From an uncultured virus (IMG/VR IMGVR_UViG_3300012277_000001) (taxonomy: Duplodnaviria > Heunggongvirae > Uroviricota > Caudoviricetes): 64,000 bases of DNA. Positions 45,667 to 54,979 of this stretch are shown here, piece by piece. The position numbers and the translations under genes were made by a program. The stretch covers positions 186,001-250,000 of the IMG/VR virus record IMGVR_UViG_3300012277_000001; one strand, given 5' to 3'. Position 1 is the first letter of the stretch, and every line of letters begins with the position of its first letter. The notes below the pieces were generated by a model that saw nothing but the letters and a program-made list of their open reading frames with translations, was not told the DNA's origin and ran no database searches.

Positions 45667-46440
45667 ATGGCCAAAGAAGTGAAGACCGCAAAAGCGGTAA
45701 GCGAGCTACTAAAGCCACGGAAGCGGGCAATAGTGGAGAAAGTAGCCGGGATCAAAAAACCGAAAGGTGCGGTCAGTGCGCCGTCGCGTATGCCTGCACC
45801 TACCCTGCAATTTAAGTATGACACTGCCCGCGTGAAACTGCTTAAATCGCAGGGCGTAGACGGCACTGCGTTGCAGGTGATGCGTCAACCGTTCTTGCTT
45901 GATGATGCGCTAGTCTCCATTACCCCGATGGTGCCTAAATGGCTGCCAGAAGATTACCCGATTCCGAAAACCAGTGTGCGCCGACAGGTTGAAACCTGCT
46001 ATCGCCTGCTGTCAAACCCGTTGCATGGTTCACCTATTATCGGCATTGGTTCGATGGTGACTGACGAACGTGCAAAATTTATGGCGATGAATATCATGAA
46101 TGCTGCGATTGATCAGCAGCGTTCGGGATCGCACAAGGGCAAGATGCTGCCAGTGTATCATCGCGTCATGGGCGGTTTCCATGATGAATTGCTGGCCGAA
46201 AAGACCCGCCGCAATATCTCGATGCTGATCATTGCAAACGTCGGCATCGACAGTACCCAACTCAAGATCGAAAAGGTGCGTGACCTTCTCGAAAAGTATG
46301 ACAACATCCCGCGAATCGTTGTAGTGAACGGGTGTGACCCGGTTTCGTTCTTCGCGGAGAAAATGCGAATGCCAATGCAGTTTGCTTTGATGCTCAATAG
46401 CAAACGTAGCGATAAAGCCGATCTGATGGATATGCTATGA
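45667..46440 (+). CDS. Degenerate DnaC/IstB-like P-loop protein (putative helicase loader or initiator)
   Basis: IIGIGS (Walker A position, no GKT), MLIIANVG (Walker B-like), IPRIVVVNG (sensor-like). Confidence 0.5.
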   Translation: MAKEVKTAKAVSELLKPRKRAIVEKVAGIKKPKGAVSAPSRMPAPTLQFKYDTARVKLLKSQGVDGTALQVMRQPFLLDDALVSITPMVPKWLPEDYPIPKTSVRRQVETCYRLLSNPLHGSPIIGIGSMVTDERAKFMAMNIMNAAIDQQRSGSHKGKMLPVYHRVMGGFHDELLAEKTRRNISMLIIANVGIDSTQLKIEKVRDLLEKYDNIPRIVVVNGCDPVSFFAEKMRMPMQFALMLNSKRSDKADLMDML

Positions 46441-47192
46441 CAATCTCCCGCGCTAAACTCGAAGAAATCCGGCAGGACGAAGAAAACCTCAATCGCTTCA
46501 TTGAACTTCTGGAACAGGGTTACAGCTTTTTGAGTGCCAAATGCGAACATGCGTTGGGCGGTATTCAGGAAGAAGAACCAGAAGAAACCGAGGAAGAAAC
46601 CACCGAGCAAGAATTCGATATTGCAGAACCGTCGCTGACCAGCAAAGACCTCGTTCTGTATAAAGCCGAAGACCTGACGGCGTTTGATCGCTATGATCAG
46701 GATGATGAAGAATACTTCCAAATGCCTGATCCGGAAGGTGAAAACGAACCGGAGAAAAAGAAAGAGCACGAAGCAATTCAAATCAAAGAGCTTTACCGGA
46801 TGATCAAGCAGCTTTCGCATCCGGATAAGTTGATGAAATACAGCGCGGAACAAAAGCAGCAAATCATTGCCATTTTCCACGAATCAACCGAGTTCATGGA
46901 GGATGACAATCTGGAAGCTTTGGTATTCTCGTACGTTAAGCTGCGAATTGCCCGCAACGAACCGCATAAGATTCCCGAAAACATCGAGCATTTTGTGCGT
47001 GAACGCCATAAGCAAATCCTGCGTCACATGGCATTCCTCATGCAAAAACCATTTACGCCAGCCATCCTTGAATGGCGCGATGGTAACGTGGCATTTGCCG
47101 TCATTCTTTTCCGCCGTTACCTGATTGAAAAGAAAAAGGAAGAATTGCGCGCCAAGCGCGATAGCGAAGACGACGATGAATTCTTTAGCTGA
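46437..47192 (+). CDS. J-domain (DnaJ-like) co-chaperone
   Basis: IKELYRMIKQLSHPDKL with the HPD motif. Confidence 0.7.
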   Translation: MTISRAKLEEIRQDEENLNRFIELLEQGYSFLSAKCEHALGGIQEEEPEETEEETTEQEFDIAEPSLTSKDLVLYKAEDLTAFDRYDQDDEEYFQMPDPEGENEPEKKKEHEAIQIKELYRMIKQLSHPDKLMKYSAEQKQQIIAIFHESTEFMEDDNLEALVFSYVKLRIARNEPHKIPENIEHFVRERHKQILRHMAFLMQKPFTPAILEWRDGNVAFAVILFRRYLIEKKKEELRAKRDSEDDDEFFS

Positions 47193-47206
47193 ATTGAAAT
47201 ACCTTT

Positions 47207-47231
47207 AAAGGGGCCTAATGGCCCCTTTTTT
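47207..47231 (+). terminator. Rho-independent terminator
   Basis: AAAGGGGCC-TAAT-GGCCCCTTTTTT. Confidence 0.9.
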
Positions 47232-47331
47232 ATTGCCCGAAATCCCCTTTGCGTAATTTAAATACAGGAAATGCGCCTTAATTGGCGCTTCTTGGTTTCC
47301 CGTATTCCAACCATATAAGGGGTTTCATTCC

Positions 47332-48972
47332 ATGGCTTTTACCAACACCAGCGCTGGTGTTTATGATCAGGATCGCGACGTAAGTCAACGCGGTTCGACG
47401 GTCATTAGCTCCATTGCGGCAGCCGTAATCGAATCGCCACGCGGTTCGTCCACTGAATGGGTTTACGTGACGGACAAGCAGGATCTGCTTGAAAAATTCG
47501 GCACCAAAAACTATTCCAAATACGGGTACGGCATGCATTGCGCCGAACACGTTCTTACCCAAACCGCAATGTGGATCAAGCGCGTTGTTAACGCTGCTAC
47601 TTCCCGCACTGCTGGCGCCTACCTTTCGGTGGACGACACGACCGCGCTGGAGCCAGTTATCAAACTGGTTTGCTTCGATGACGGCACCAACAAACCGCAG
47701 GGGGTTTTGGGCGATCCGCTGAAGACCCTCGGTTTCCCCATTTCGGATGCGGGGGTTAAAAACGCCCTGCTGTACGTTTGCGCGAATTCCGCTGGTGAAT
47801 GGGCGCGTGCAATCAGCGTTCGTATTCGCCCGGCCAACCCCGAAGGCACCGAGGTTGGCGAGTTCAACGATCCGTACCATTTCTACCTCGACGTTTTCGT
47901 CAATTACACCGGTTCTTCCAGCGTGCCGGTTGAATCGTATCTTTGCAGCCGCAAATACGAAGTCGATGGCGAAGGGAACCAGATGTTTGTCGAGTCGCGT
48001 GTAAATGCATTCTCGAAATACATCAAGGTGAAAAACAACAGCCTTTGCCCGCAGGTTGAAATTCGCACCACCGCGTTCGAATACCTCGACGGCGGCGATG
48101 ACGGCGAGCGCGCTACCACCGCTGAAATCAACAACGCGTGGGAAGGCATCGACGACACCGACCAGTACGCGGTTCAATTGCTGGTTGCTTGCGGTTACGA
48201 ACACGAACAAACCGTACGCCGCATGAACGTTGTTGCCGCTAATCGTGGTGACGCGATTGCGATCAACGATTTGCCGTTCGAAATGCAGGAAGTTTCGCGT
48301 GCTGTTAACTGGCGCCGCAACATCCTCAACCTGAGTTCCAGCTACTCGGCACTGTACGGCCCGCGTGGTCAAATCACCGACGACGTTTCGGGCAAGAAAT
48401 TCTGGTGCCCGATTTCCGGTTTGGTTGCTGCACAGTATGCGTACACTGACCGCGTGCGTGCCTACTACTGGGCGCCTGCCGGTATCAACCGGGGTCAAGT
48501 GAAAGTCACCGATTTGTCGAAGAAATACAGCCTGCGTGAACGCAATGCGCTGGAACAATCGCAAATCAACTACGTGCGCCGGATTCCGGGGCGTGGTTAC
48601 GTGATCATGGAACAAATGACGCTGCAAAACTTCGCTTCTGGTTTCCAGAACGTGAACGTGCGCCGTCTGGTAAACGGCATCAAAGCCATGATTCGCCGTG
48701 CGTTCCTGCCATCGGTATTCAACCCTGCCGATGATTTCGAACGCAAACAGCTGAAAAACATCGTGGACGCTGAAGCCCGTTCGGTTAAGCAAGGTCGTGG
48801 TCTGTACGATTGGGAAACCATCTGCGACGAACGAAACAACAAACCGGCGGATATCGCGAACAACGATATCATTTTGGATTTCGTGATCGACCCGAGCATT
48901 CCGGCGAAGCGTGCATCCCTGACCGCCGATATCCGCAATTTCGGCTCTTCCATCGAATTCAAAGAGAACTAA
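47332..48972 (+). CDS. Contractile tail sheath protein
   Basis: SAGVYDQDRD, WAPAGINRG, NVNVRRL, CDERNN motifs of T4 gp18-like sheaths. Confidence 0.93.
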   Translation: MAFTNTSAGVYDQDRDVSQRGSTVISSIAAAVIESPRGSSTEWVYVTDKQDLLEKFGTKNYSKYGYGMHCAEHVLTQTAMWIKRVVNAATSRTAGAYLSVDDTTALEPVIKLVCFDDGTNKPQGVLGDPLKTLGFPISDAGVKNALLYVCANSAGEWARAISVRIRPANPEGTEVGEFNDPYHFYLDVFVNYTGSSSVPVESYLCSRKYEVDGEGNQMFVESRVNAFSKYIKVKNNSLCPQVEIRTTAFEYLDGGDDGERATTAEINNAWEGIDDTDQYAVQLLVACGYEHEQTVRRMNVVAANRGDAIAINDLPFEMQEVSRAVNWRRNILNLSSSYSALYGPRGQITDDVSGKKFWCPISGLVAAQYAYTDRVRAYYWAPAGINRGQVKVTDLSKKYSLRERNALEQSQINYVRRIPGRGYVIMEQMTLQNFASGFQNVNVRRLVNGIKAMIRRAFLPSVFNPADDFERKQLKNIVDAEARSVKQGRGLYDWETICDERNNKPADIANNDIILDFVIDPSIPAKRASLTADIRNFGSSIEFKEN

Positions 48973-48976
48973 TTAA

Positions 48977-49618
48977 ATGGAAAAACAACTTACCGAAATC
49001 CGCGACGCTTACCGCGTTCTGTCGGATATCCAAAACCTCGACGAAACCAACCCGATTCCGATTCGCGTGCAGAACTCGACTGTTCGCCGTGTGCACACCA
49101 CCGTGTGTGCCCTGCGTGAACCGTACAACGAAATTCTGCCGTTGAATGTCGTGTGGTTCGATTTCGAACCGCAATCGGTTTACTACAACCAAGCGCGCCG
49201 CCGTGTTTCGAAACAGCCTGATACCCGCAACGGCACTGTGCACACGTGGGAAGTAATCGACACGATGGCGCAGTACGACGCCGACCAGTATTACGACGCC
49301 GAAGACGCCGCAATTCTCGCACAGAATGACCCGATTCCTGCTGCGTCGAAAGACGTACTCGGCATCGCCAAACTGAGTGTACCTCCCGCTAACGGCGCTG
49401 ACCCGGTGGCCGTGGGCGAGGGTGACAAGCGTCTGACCGACGCCCGTAAGCCGCTGGAGCACACACACGAAGAGCGTCCCGCCACCATGCTCAAGACCAA
49501 AAATTCTTACGTCACGATCAGCAACAGCCCGACCCCAGTCGTTGGCGCTACGTTGATCGTGCAGGGCAACGGCAATGCCGTATGGCGCCAACTGACTTCG
49601 ACCGATATCCAGAAATAA
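48977..49618 (+). CDS. Tail/fibre-associated structural protein
   Basis: GIAKLS...VAVGEGDKRLTDARKPLEHTH motif, shared with the next gene. Confidence 0.65.
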   Translation: MEKQLTEIRDAYRVLSDIQNLDETNPIPIRVQNSTVRRVHTTVCALREPYNEILPLNVVWFDFEPQSVYYNQARRRVSKQPDTRNGTVHTWEVIDTMAQYDADQYYDAEDAAILAQNDPIPAASKDVLGIAKLSVPPANGADPVAVGEGDKRLTDARKPLEHTHEERPATMLKTKNSYVTISNSPTPVVGATLIVQGNGNAVWRQLTSTDIQK

Positions 49619-49628
49619 GGGAATTTCA

Positions 49629-51959
49629 ATGGCCACACTCTCCGAGTTTATTGACGAGAAAATCGCGGTAGCGTTGAACTACCGTGGTTTGGCTCGTAAT
49701 AACCCGGTCGAGATTATTGCCGAGGGCAACGGAAAGAAATTCGTTGTCCTCGTTTCTCTACTCGAACCGGATACCCTGACTGTTCCCTACAACGTGACTT
49801 GGATCAACGCCGATCCTGATCACGAAGACTACAAAGTCCTGATGCGCCGCGTCGATGCTGAAAAGTACGACGACAAAGATTATCGGGGTTCGTGGTCGGT
49901 TCTTTCCAGCGTGGAAGAAATCTTCACCGAGGAACAATATTTCAAGAAAGATGCGGACCCGATTCTCGGTGCCGTTCCTGATTTCCGTCCGCCGCTGGCT
50001 TCCGATCTGCGACTGGGCGGTTTCAAACTTTCTGAAGGTTCCGTAATCACCGACGAAGACGCACCGGTTGTTGTGGGCACCAACGATTCACGCATGAGCG
50101 ATCCGCGTGTGGCGTTGCCGCACAGCCACCCGGACGTTCCGCGCACCCGCATTTCGGCAGGTGATGGTTCCGACAAATACGTGTTGATTCCCAACACTGA
50201 TGCGCCAACCGGCCACATGCTTTTCATCACCGAAAAGCTGGAAGACGGTAACTTCGTTGCGGAATGGTTGCCGCCTACCACGGAATTTGCGTACGTTGGC
50301 CCACGCCCGGCAGACATTGCGGTTGTCGGTCCAGCTGAAAAAGTTCGTGGCGATACCAATCACGTTTTGCGTGCAGACGTGACCATGGACGACGGCACCA
50401 AATTCTACAGCGTGCAGGCCGTTTGGACGGTTGAGGCTAACGGTGAATTCGGCAAAATCAATGCAAACACTGGTGTTTTCCACGCCGGTCAAGTTGCACA
50501 AGATACGCCGGTTACTGTTCGCGCTTCGTGGAAACATGCTGAATCCGGACAGACCGTTTTCACTGATTTCATCATTGTGATCATCGGCGATCCGACGTTG
50601 GTCATGCTGACCTCGATTCGCATTGTTGGTCCGACGCAATTCCAGAAATCGCAGACCGGCACTTACACCGTCGAAGCCACGTTCAGCGACAAATCGAAGC
50701 TGACCGTCACGCCTAACGCGTTCATCAGCAGCAACACGAACGCAGGCACGTTCAGCAATGGCGTTCTGACCCCGCGTGCGAACCAAATTCGCGACGTGAG
50801 CACCAAACTGACCGCTACCTATGCGAGCGGCGGTGTGCAGCGCACAGCAACCCTCGACGTGGTTATCAAAGACCCGACCGTTTACCCGAACACGATTTCG
50901 ATTGTGGGGGCAAACAGCGTTGATCAGGATTCGTCCACCACCCTGAAAGCACACGTTGTTTTCTCGGATGCGACCGAAGCCGACGTAAACGCGCAATGGT
51001 CCTTGAGCGCCACCACGTACGCCACGATCAACCAGTCTGGCGTTTTGACCGCGAAACCCCTGACGGCACCGGGCAGCAAATCGGTTACGGTTAACGTTTC
51101 GTACACGCAGAACGGCGTCACTGTTACCGCGACGAAAAACGTTGCAATTGCCGACACCAAAAACTGGCCAGTTTCGGCAGAAATCACCGGCCCCGCAACG
51201 TTGACCCCGGCAGGTACGGGCAAATATGTTTACGTGGTCAAATATGCCGATGGCACCACTGCCACCAAGATTCCGGGTACGTGGAGCACTACGAATACTT
51301 CGGTTGCAACTATCAACGCTGAAGGTACGGCGACCGGCGTTGCAGAAGGTGACGTGAATATTCGCGCAACCTACACCGAATCTGGCGTAAACCTCAATGC
51401 TACCAAAGCCGTTAAGGTTGCGATTGGCACCGTGGTAATTCCGCCCCTGCGTTACGGCGTAGCGATGTTCTCCAACAAGCAATTCACTGGTGGCCCAATC
51501 GCCAGCGAAATCACGCAGGAAGAGAAAGATTACGGTGTGTCTGCCGAAACTTCGCCTTCCGGAAAACAGTACACGCATTGGTCTGGCCTGAATGACTTCG
51601 TGTCGAAGGTAATGACCAAAACGCTGTCGCTGCAACCGGGTGAAACTGCGAAGAACATCGAAACCACTATCACCGTAGACCAGTACGTTTACCTGATGTG
51701 GGATGCTCGCGCTGGTGACACGTTCATCATCGACCTGCAAAGTTCGTTCAACGTTACTTTCGACGGCATCAATTATCGCAATGATGTGTTGGGTAACGAA
51801 GAAGGGTTGCCGGGTTACGATGCGAACCTGCCGAAGCAGCTGACCGTCCAGTTTGATGACGGTACAGGTGTTCGTCCGTGGATTATTGTTCGTAGTGAGG
51901 CAACGACTCTTCCGGAGTTCAGCCCGCGCACCAACCAATACTCCATTAAATACGTGTAA
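49629..51959 (+). CDS. Tail/fibre protein with Ig-like (Big_2-type) repeats
   Basis: Repeats such as WSLSATTYATINQSGVLTA and WSTTNTSVATINAEGTATGV; DSRMSDPRVALPHSHP. Confidence 0.8.
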   Translation: MATLSEFIDEKIAVALNYRGLARNNPVEIIAEGNGKKFVVLVSLLEPDTLTVPYNVTWINADPDHEDYKVLMRRVDAEKYDDKDYRGSWSVLSSVEEIFTEEQYFKKDADPILGAVPDFRPPLASDLRLGGFKLSEGSVITDEDAPVVVGTNDSRMSDPRVALPHSHPDVPRTRISAGDGSDKYVLIPNTDAPTGHMLFITEKLEDGNFVAEWLPPTTEFAYVGPRPADIAVVGPAEKVRGDTNHVLRADVTMDDGTKFYSVQAVWTVEANGEFGKINANTGVFHAGQVAQDTPVTVRASWKHAESGQTVFTDFIIVIIGDPTLVMLTSIRIVGPTQFQKSQTGTYTVEATFSDKSKLTVTPNAFISSNTNAGTFSNGVLTPRANQIRDVSTKLTATYASGGVQRTATLDVVIKDPTVYPNTISIVGANSVDQDSSTTLKAHVVFSDATEADVNAQWSLSATTYATINQSGVLTAKPLTAPGSKSVTVNVSYTQNGVTVTATKNVAIADTKNWPVSAEITGPATLTPAGTGKYVYVVKYADGTTATKIPGTWSTTNTSVATINAEGTATGVAEGDVNIRATYTESGVNLNATKAVKVAIGTVVIPPLRYGVAMFSNKQFTGGPIASEITQEEKDYGVSAETSPSGKQYTHWSGLNDFVSKVMTKTLSLQPGETAKNIETTITVDQYVYLMWDARAGDTFIIDLQSSFNVTFDGINYRNDVLGNEEGLPGYDANLPKQLTVQFDDGTGVRPWIIVRSEATTLPEFSPRTNQYSIKYV

Positions 51960-51963
51960 GTGT

Positions 51964-51996
51964 AAAAGCGGGTTGTCGAAAGATCGCCCGCTTTTT
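51964..51996 (+). terminator. Rho-independent terminator
   Basis: AAAAGCGGG...CCCGCTTTTT. Confidence 0.85.
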
Positions 51997-52022
51997 CCGT
52001 TAATTATGGAGAATGTTTTCTC

Positions 52023-53690
52023 ATGGCCGATACTAGCTTTGAGGAACTGGTGCCTGTCCAACTCGACTTGATTGGCCCCAGTGCTCCTATTGCGGAGCGT
52101 TCGACTTTCCAAATGCGGGCCGTCGCCACTTTTGACGATGGATCGCAACACGAAGTCGAAGCAGAGTGGTCGTTAACTTCCCAACAGTACGGCACGATTA
52201 GTTTGCGCGGTTTGTTCACTGCTGGTTCTGTTCAAACCGGAACCCGACCAGTGCAAGCGCATTGCCGGTATTACCATGAAGCCTCGCAATCCACGTTAAC
52301 CGCTTTGATCGTTATCTATGTGCGCGACATTGACACGCCGCCTGCATTGGTTTCGATATCCATCGAGGGTAAAACCGAGGTGGAGAAAAACACTGTTGAA
52401 CAGTATGTGGTTAACGCCCACTACGACAACGGAACTTCAGCAGTAGTCACACCAGCAACGTTTGTTTCCAGCCGTCCGGGGGTCGCCACAATTGACCAAT
52501 CCGGTGTGGCGCATTTCCAAAAGATACGCAGCACGGCAACTGTGCGATTCACCGCTACCTACACGGAGCATGGTGCAACTCGCCAACAATCGTTGGATAT
52601 TCTGGTTGTTGATTCGTCGATTTATCCGGTCAAAGCATTCGTGATCGGTCCCAATATCATCATGGAAAAAGGCCGCACACAATTCGGGCTGGACGTTCTT
52701 TTTGATAACGGGAAAAACAATGAAGTGATCGCCACGTGGATCAGCACCAATCCGAAAGCGGGAAATATCGGCCCTACCGGTGCTTTCATCGCAGGTTCGG
52801 TTAACGGTGTTGAGACAACCACGATTATTGGCTCCTACGAATACGAGGGAATTGTCACCAGCGCTTCAATCGAATTGAGCGTTGTGGATCTGACAGTTCG
52901 CCCGGAATCGCTGGAAATCGAAGGCCCTGCAAAAGTGCGTGAAGGCCTGTTGGTGCAGTATTACACCACGTTGATTTTCAGTGACGGTACACGAAAAGCA
53001 GTAAACGCAAAAATCCATACGCTAACCAGCGTTGGTTCCATGGACGACGGCAACCAGTTTTACGCGGTGCCGAAAGTCGAAATGGAAACTCCGGTGAATC
53101 TGATGGCGTCTTACGAAAATCTGACGGCCTACAAAAACATCGAGGTTGTGCCCACTACATCGCTGCCTGTCAGTTGCTGGATTGAACTGCGTAGCCCGAT
53201 GTACGTTGGCGAATCCCAATCGCTCAAATTCCACGTTGTTTACGAAGACGGTACGGATATCGTGCTGCCTGCGAAGTGGGAGCTTTCCAATATTCACATC
53301 GCTGCAATTTCCAATAGTGGAGTTTTGCATGCGGTGCAGGTAATGGAGACTGCCGAACTCACGGTGTATGCATCGACTTCCATTAGCGGTGTTGACTTGC
53401 AAACGAGCCTGCCTGTGATCGTCATTGATAACCGCACCTATCCAACCGAAAGTTCCATTATCGGTCCGGAAACGCTGCGTGCCAACGTACCGACCCAGTT
53501 CGATGCGATGGTGAAATTCAGTGATGGTTCCGAACGCAAAGCGAGTGCTATTTGGTTCTGTTCCGACGACAGTGTTACGGTCCAACATGGGATCGTTGTC
53601 GCGAAAACGCCCGGCACTTATTTGCTGCAAGTTTCCTACACACTTCAACACGAAACTGTCACCGCGCAAAAAGAGATAATTGTGACATGA
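52023..53690 (+). CDS. Ig-like repeat virion protein (about 6 repeats)
   Basis: Repeated I.GP...F.DG....W.......G.F.A units. Confidence 0.8.
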   Translation: MADTSFEELVPVQLDLIGPSAPIAERSTFQMRAVATFDDGSQHEVEAEWSLTSQQYGTISLRGLFTAGSVQTGTRPVQAHCRYYHEASQSTLTALIVIYVRDIDTPPALVSISIEGKTEVEKNTVEQYVVNAHYDNGTSAVVTPATFVSSRPGVATIDQSGVAHFQKIRSTATVRFTATYTEHGATRQQSLDILVVDSSIYPVKAFVIGPNIIMEKGRTQFGLDVLFDNGKNNEVIATWISTNPKAGNIGPTGAFIAGSVNGVETTTIIGSYEYEGIVTSASIELSVVDLTVRPESLEIEGPAKVREGLLVQYYTTLIFSDGTRKAVNAKIHTLTSVGSMDDGNQFYAVPKVEMETPVNLMASYENLTAYKNIEVVPTTSLPVSCWIELRSPMYVGESQSLKFHVVYEDGTDIVLPAKWELSNIHIAAISNSGVLHAVQVMETAELTVYASTSISGVDLQTSLPVIVIDNRTYPTESSIIGPETLRANVPTQFDAMVKFSDGSERKASAIWFCSDDSVTVQHGIVVAKTPGTYLLQVSYTLQHETVTAQKEIIVT

Positions 53691-54979
53691 TCATTTCCAT
53701 TGCCGCATCACCTGCGGACTTCAAGCAGTTCGAATGGATGTACAACGCGGGTAAGGCTTTCAAGTTGCGGCTGGACGATACCCCTGTCACAGTCGAGCCT
53801 GATGATTTGGTTGGCTTCCGCAAAGCAACGCGGGGGCCGACCACGGGTGCTTATCAGGTTGTATTGGCCAAATACCCACAAAAGATTTACCGGTCGATTA
53901 AGCAGGAACAAATCGACAAGTTCATCGACCAGTTCAAGGACTATAAAGGCGTTCCGGACGCGCCGAAGAAAACCGGTGCTCGGCATTCCTACATGAGCAA
54001 AGGCCGTATGACCAATGATCGACTTGAATCGCAGTATTATTCGAGTCCGAACAAACCGAAAGAAACCGAAAGTTACGACCGCGACGATTACCAGTGGCGC
54101 AAGGTCATGCACGTTACACAAGTGACGACCAAACACTACGGCACCACGCGTTCACAGCTGAAGGTCGGTGATGTTGTGGGCGTGCGCTACCTGCGCAAAT
54201 CTCACGGCGGTTACATCATCATGCCGAACGGCGAACGGGTTCTGATTTCTCATGAACTCTATGAGCAGGTTACGAACAATACCGATATTTTGCCGCGTGC
54301 GCAGCAATTGACGGGTATCGTGAATTTCCATGAACTGGAACAGACGTTGCCTAAGCGTGCACCGGCCCGTCGAATCAAAATTCCAGTCAAGCCCCGCCAC
54401 AAGGACGAAGAGCGCAAAACCGGCGAATCGGAAACTGCGAAACACGCCAAACGCAACGCCCCGCTGGTTACGATGTTCGACTATCAGGATATCGAAGAGC
54501 AGGTCGATTTCGAGGAAGAGGAAGAAGACGAAATTCTGAATCCGCCTAATCCGGATGAAGATTTCATCGACGAAGATACTGTAAATAAAGGAGAAGAACC
54601 GTCGATCACTGATCTGGAAGACGAAGACTTTGACGAAGAGGAAGACCCCGAAATGGACTTCCACAAAGACGAAGAAGTTGACGAAGATGGCGAAGCAATC
54701 GAGGATGATTCAGCGGTGTTGGCCGAAGAGGGCCTGACCCTGATTTCTCGCGATAACTCGAAGTGGGTTATCGTCTCGATTGAAGAAAATGGCATGTCGG
54801 ATTCTCTCGCGCTTTACAACCCCGACACGAACGCCATGCGCCATTACAAAATCCATGCCGGTGAAGACCTCCGTAACGTCAAATCTGTGACTGTCGGCGA
54901 GAAGCTGGAAGGCCCTGCGTTGGACAAGATCATGGAGAAGGCGGCTGACCTCGAAATGACCCCCGGAAAACGTCTATGA
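53687..54979 (+). CDS. Probable head-internal protein with an acidic region; N-terminus MIISIAAS
   Basis: ATGA overlap at 53687; D/E-rich linker. Confidence 0.6.
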   Translation: MIISIAASPADFKQFEWMYNAGKAFKLRLDDTPVTVEPDDLVGFRKATRGPTTGAYQVVLAKYPQKIYRSIKQEQIDKFIDQFKDYKGVPDAPKKTGARHSYMSKGRMTNDRLESQYYSSPNKPKETESYDRDDYQWRKVMHVTQVTTKHYGTTRSQLKVGDVVGVRYLRKSHGGYIIMPNGERVLISHELYEQVTNNTDILPRAQQLTGIVNFHELEQTLPKRAPARRIKIPVKPRHKDEERKTGESETAKHAKRNAPLVTMFDYQDIEEQVDFEEEEEDEILNPPNPDEDFIDEDTVNKGEEPSITDLEDEDFDEEEDPEMDFHKDEEVDEDGEAIEDDSAVLAEEGLTLISRDNSKWVIVSIEENGMSDSLALYNPDTNAMRHYKIHAGEDLRNVKSVTVGEKLEGPALDKIMEKAADLEMTPGKRL

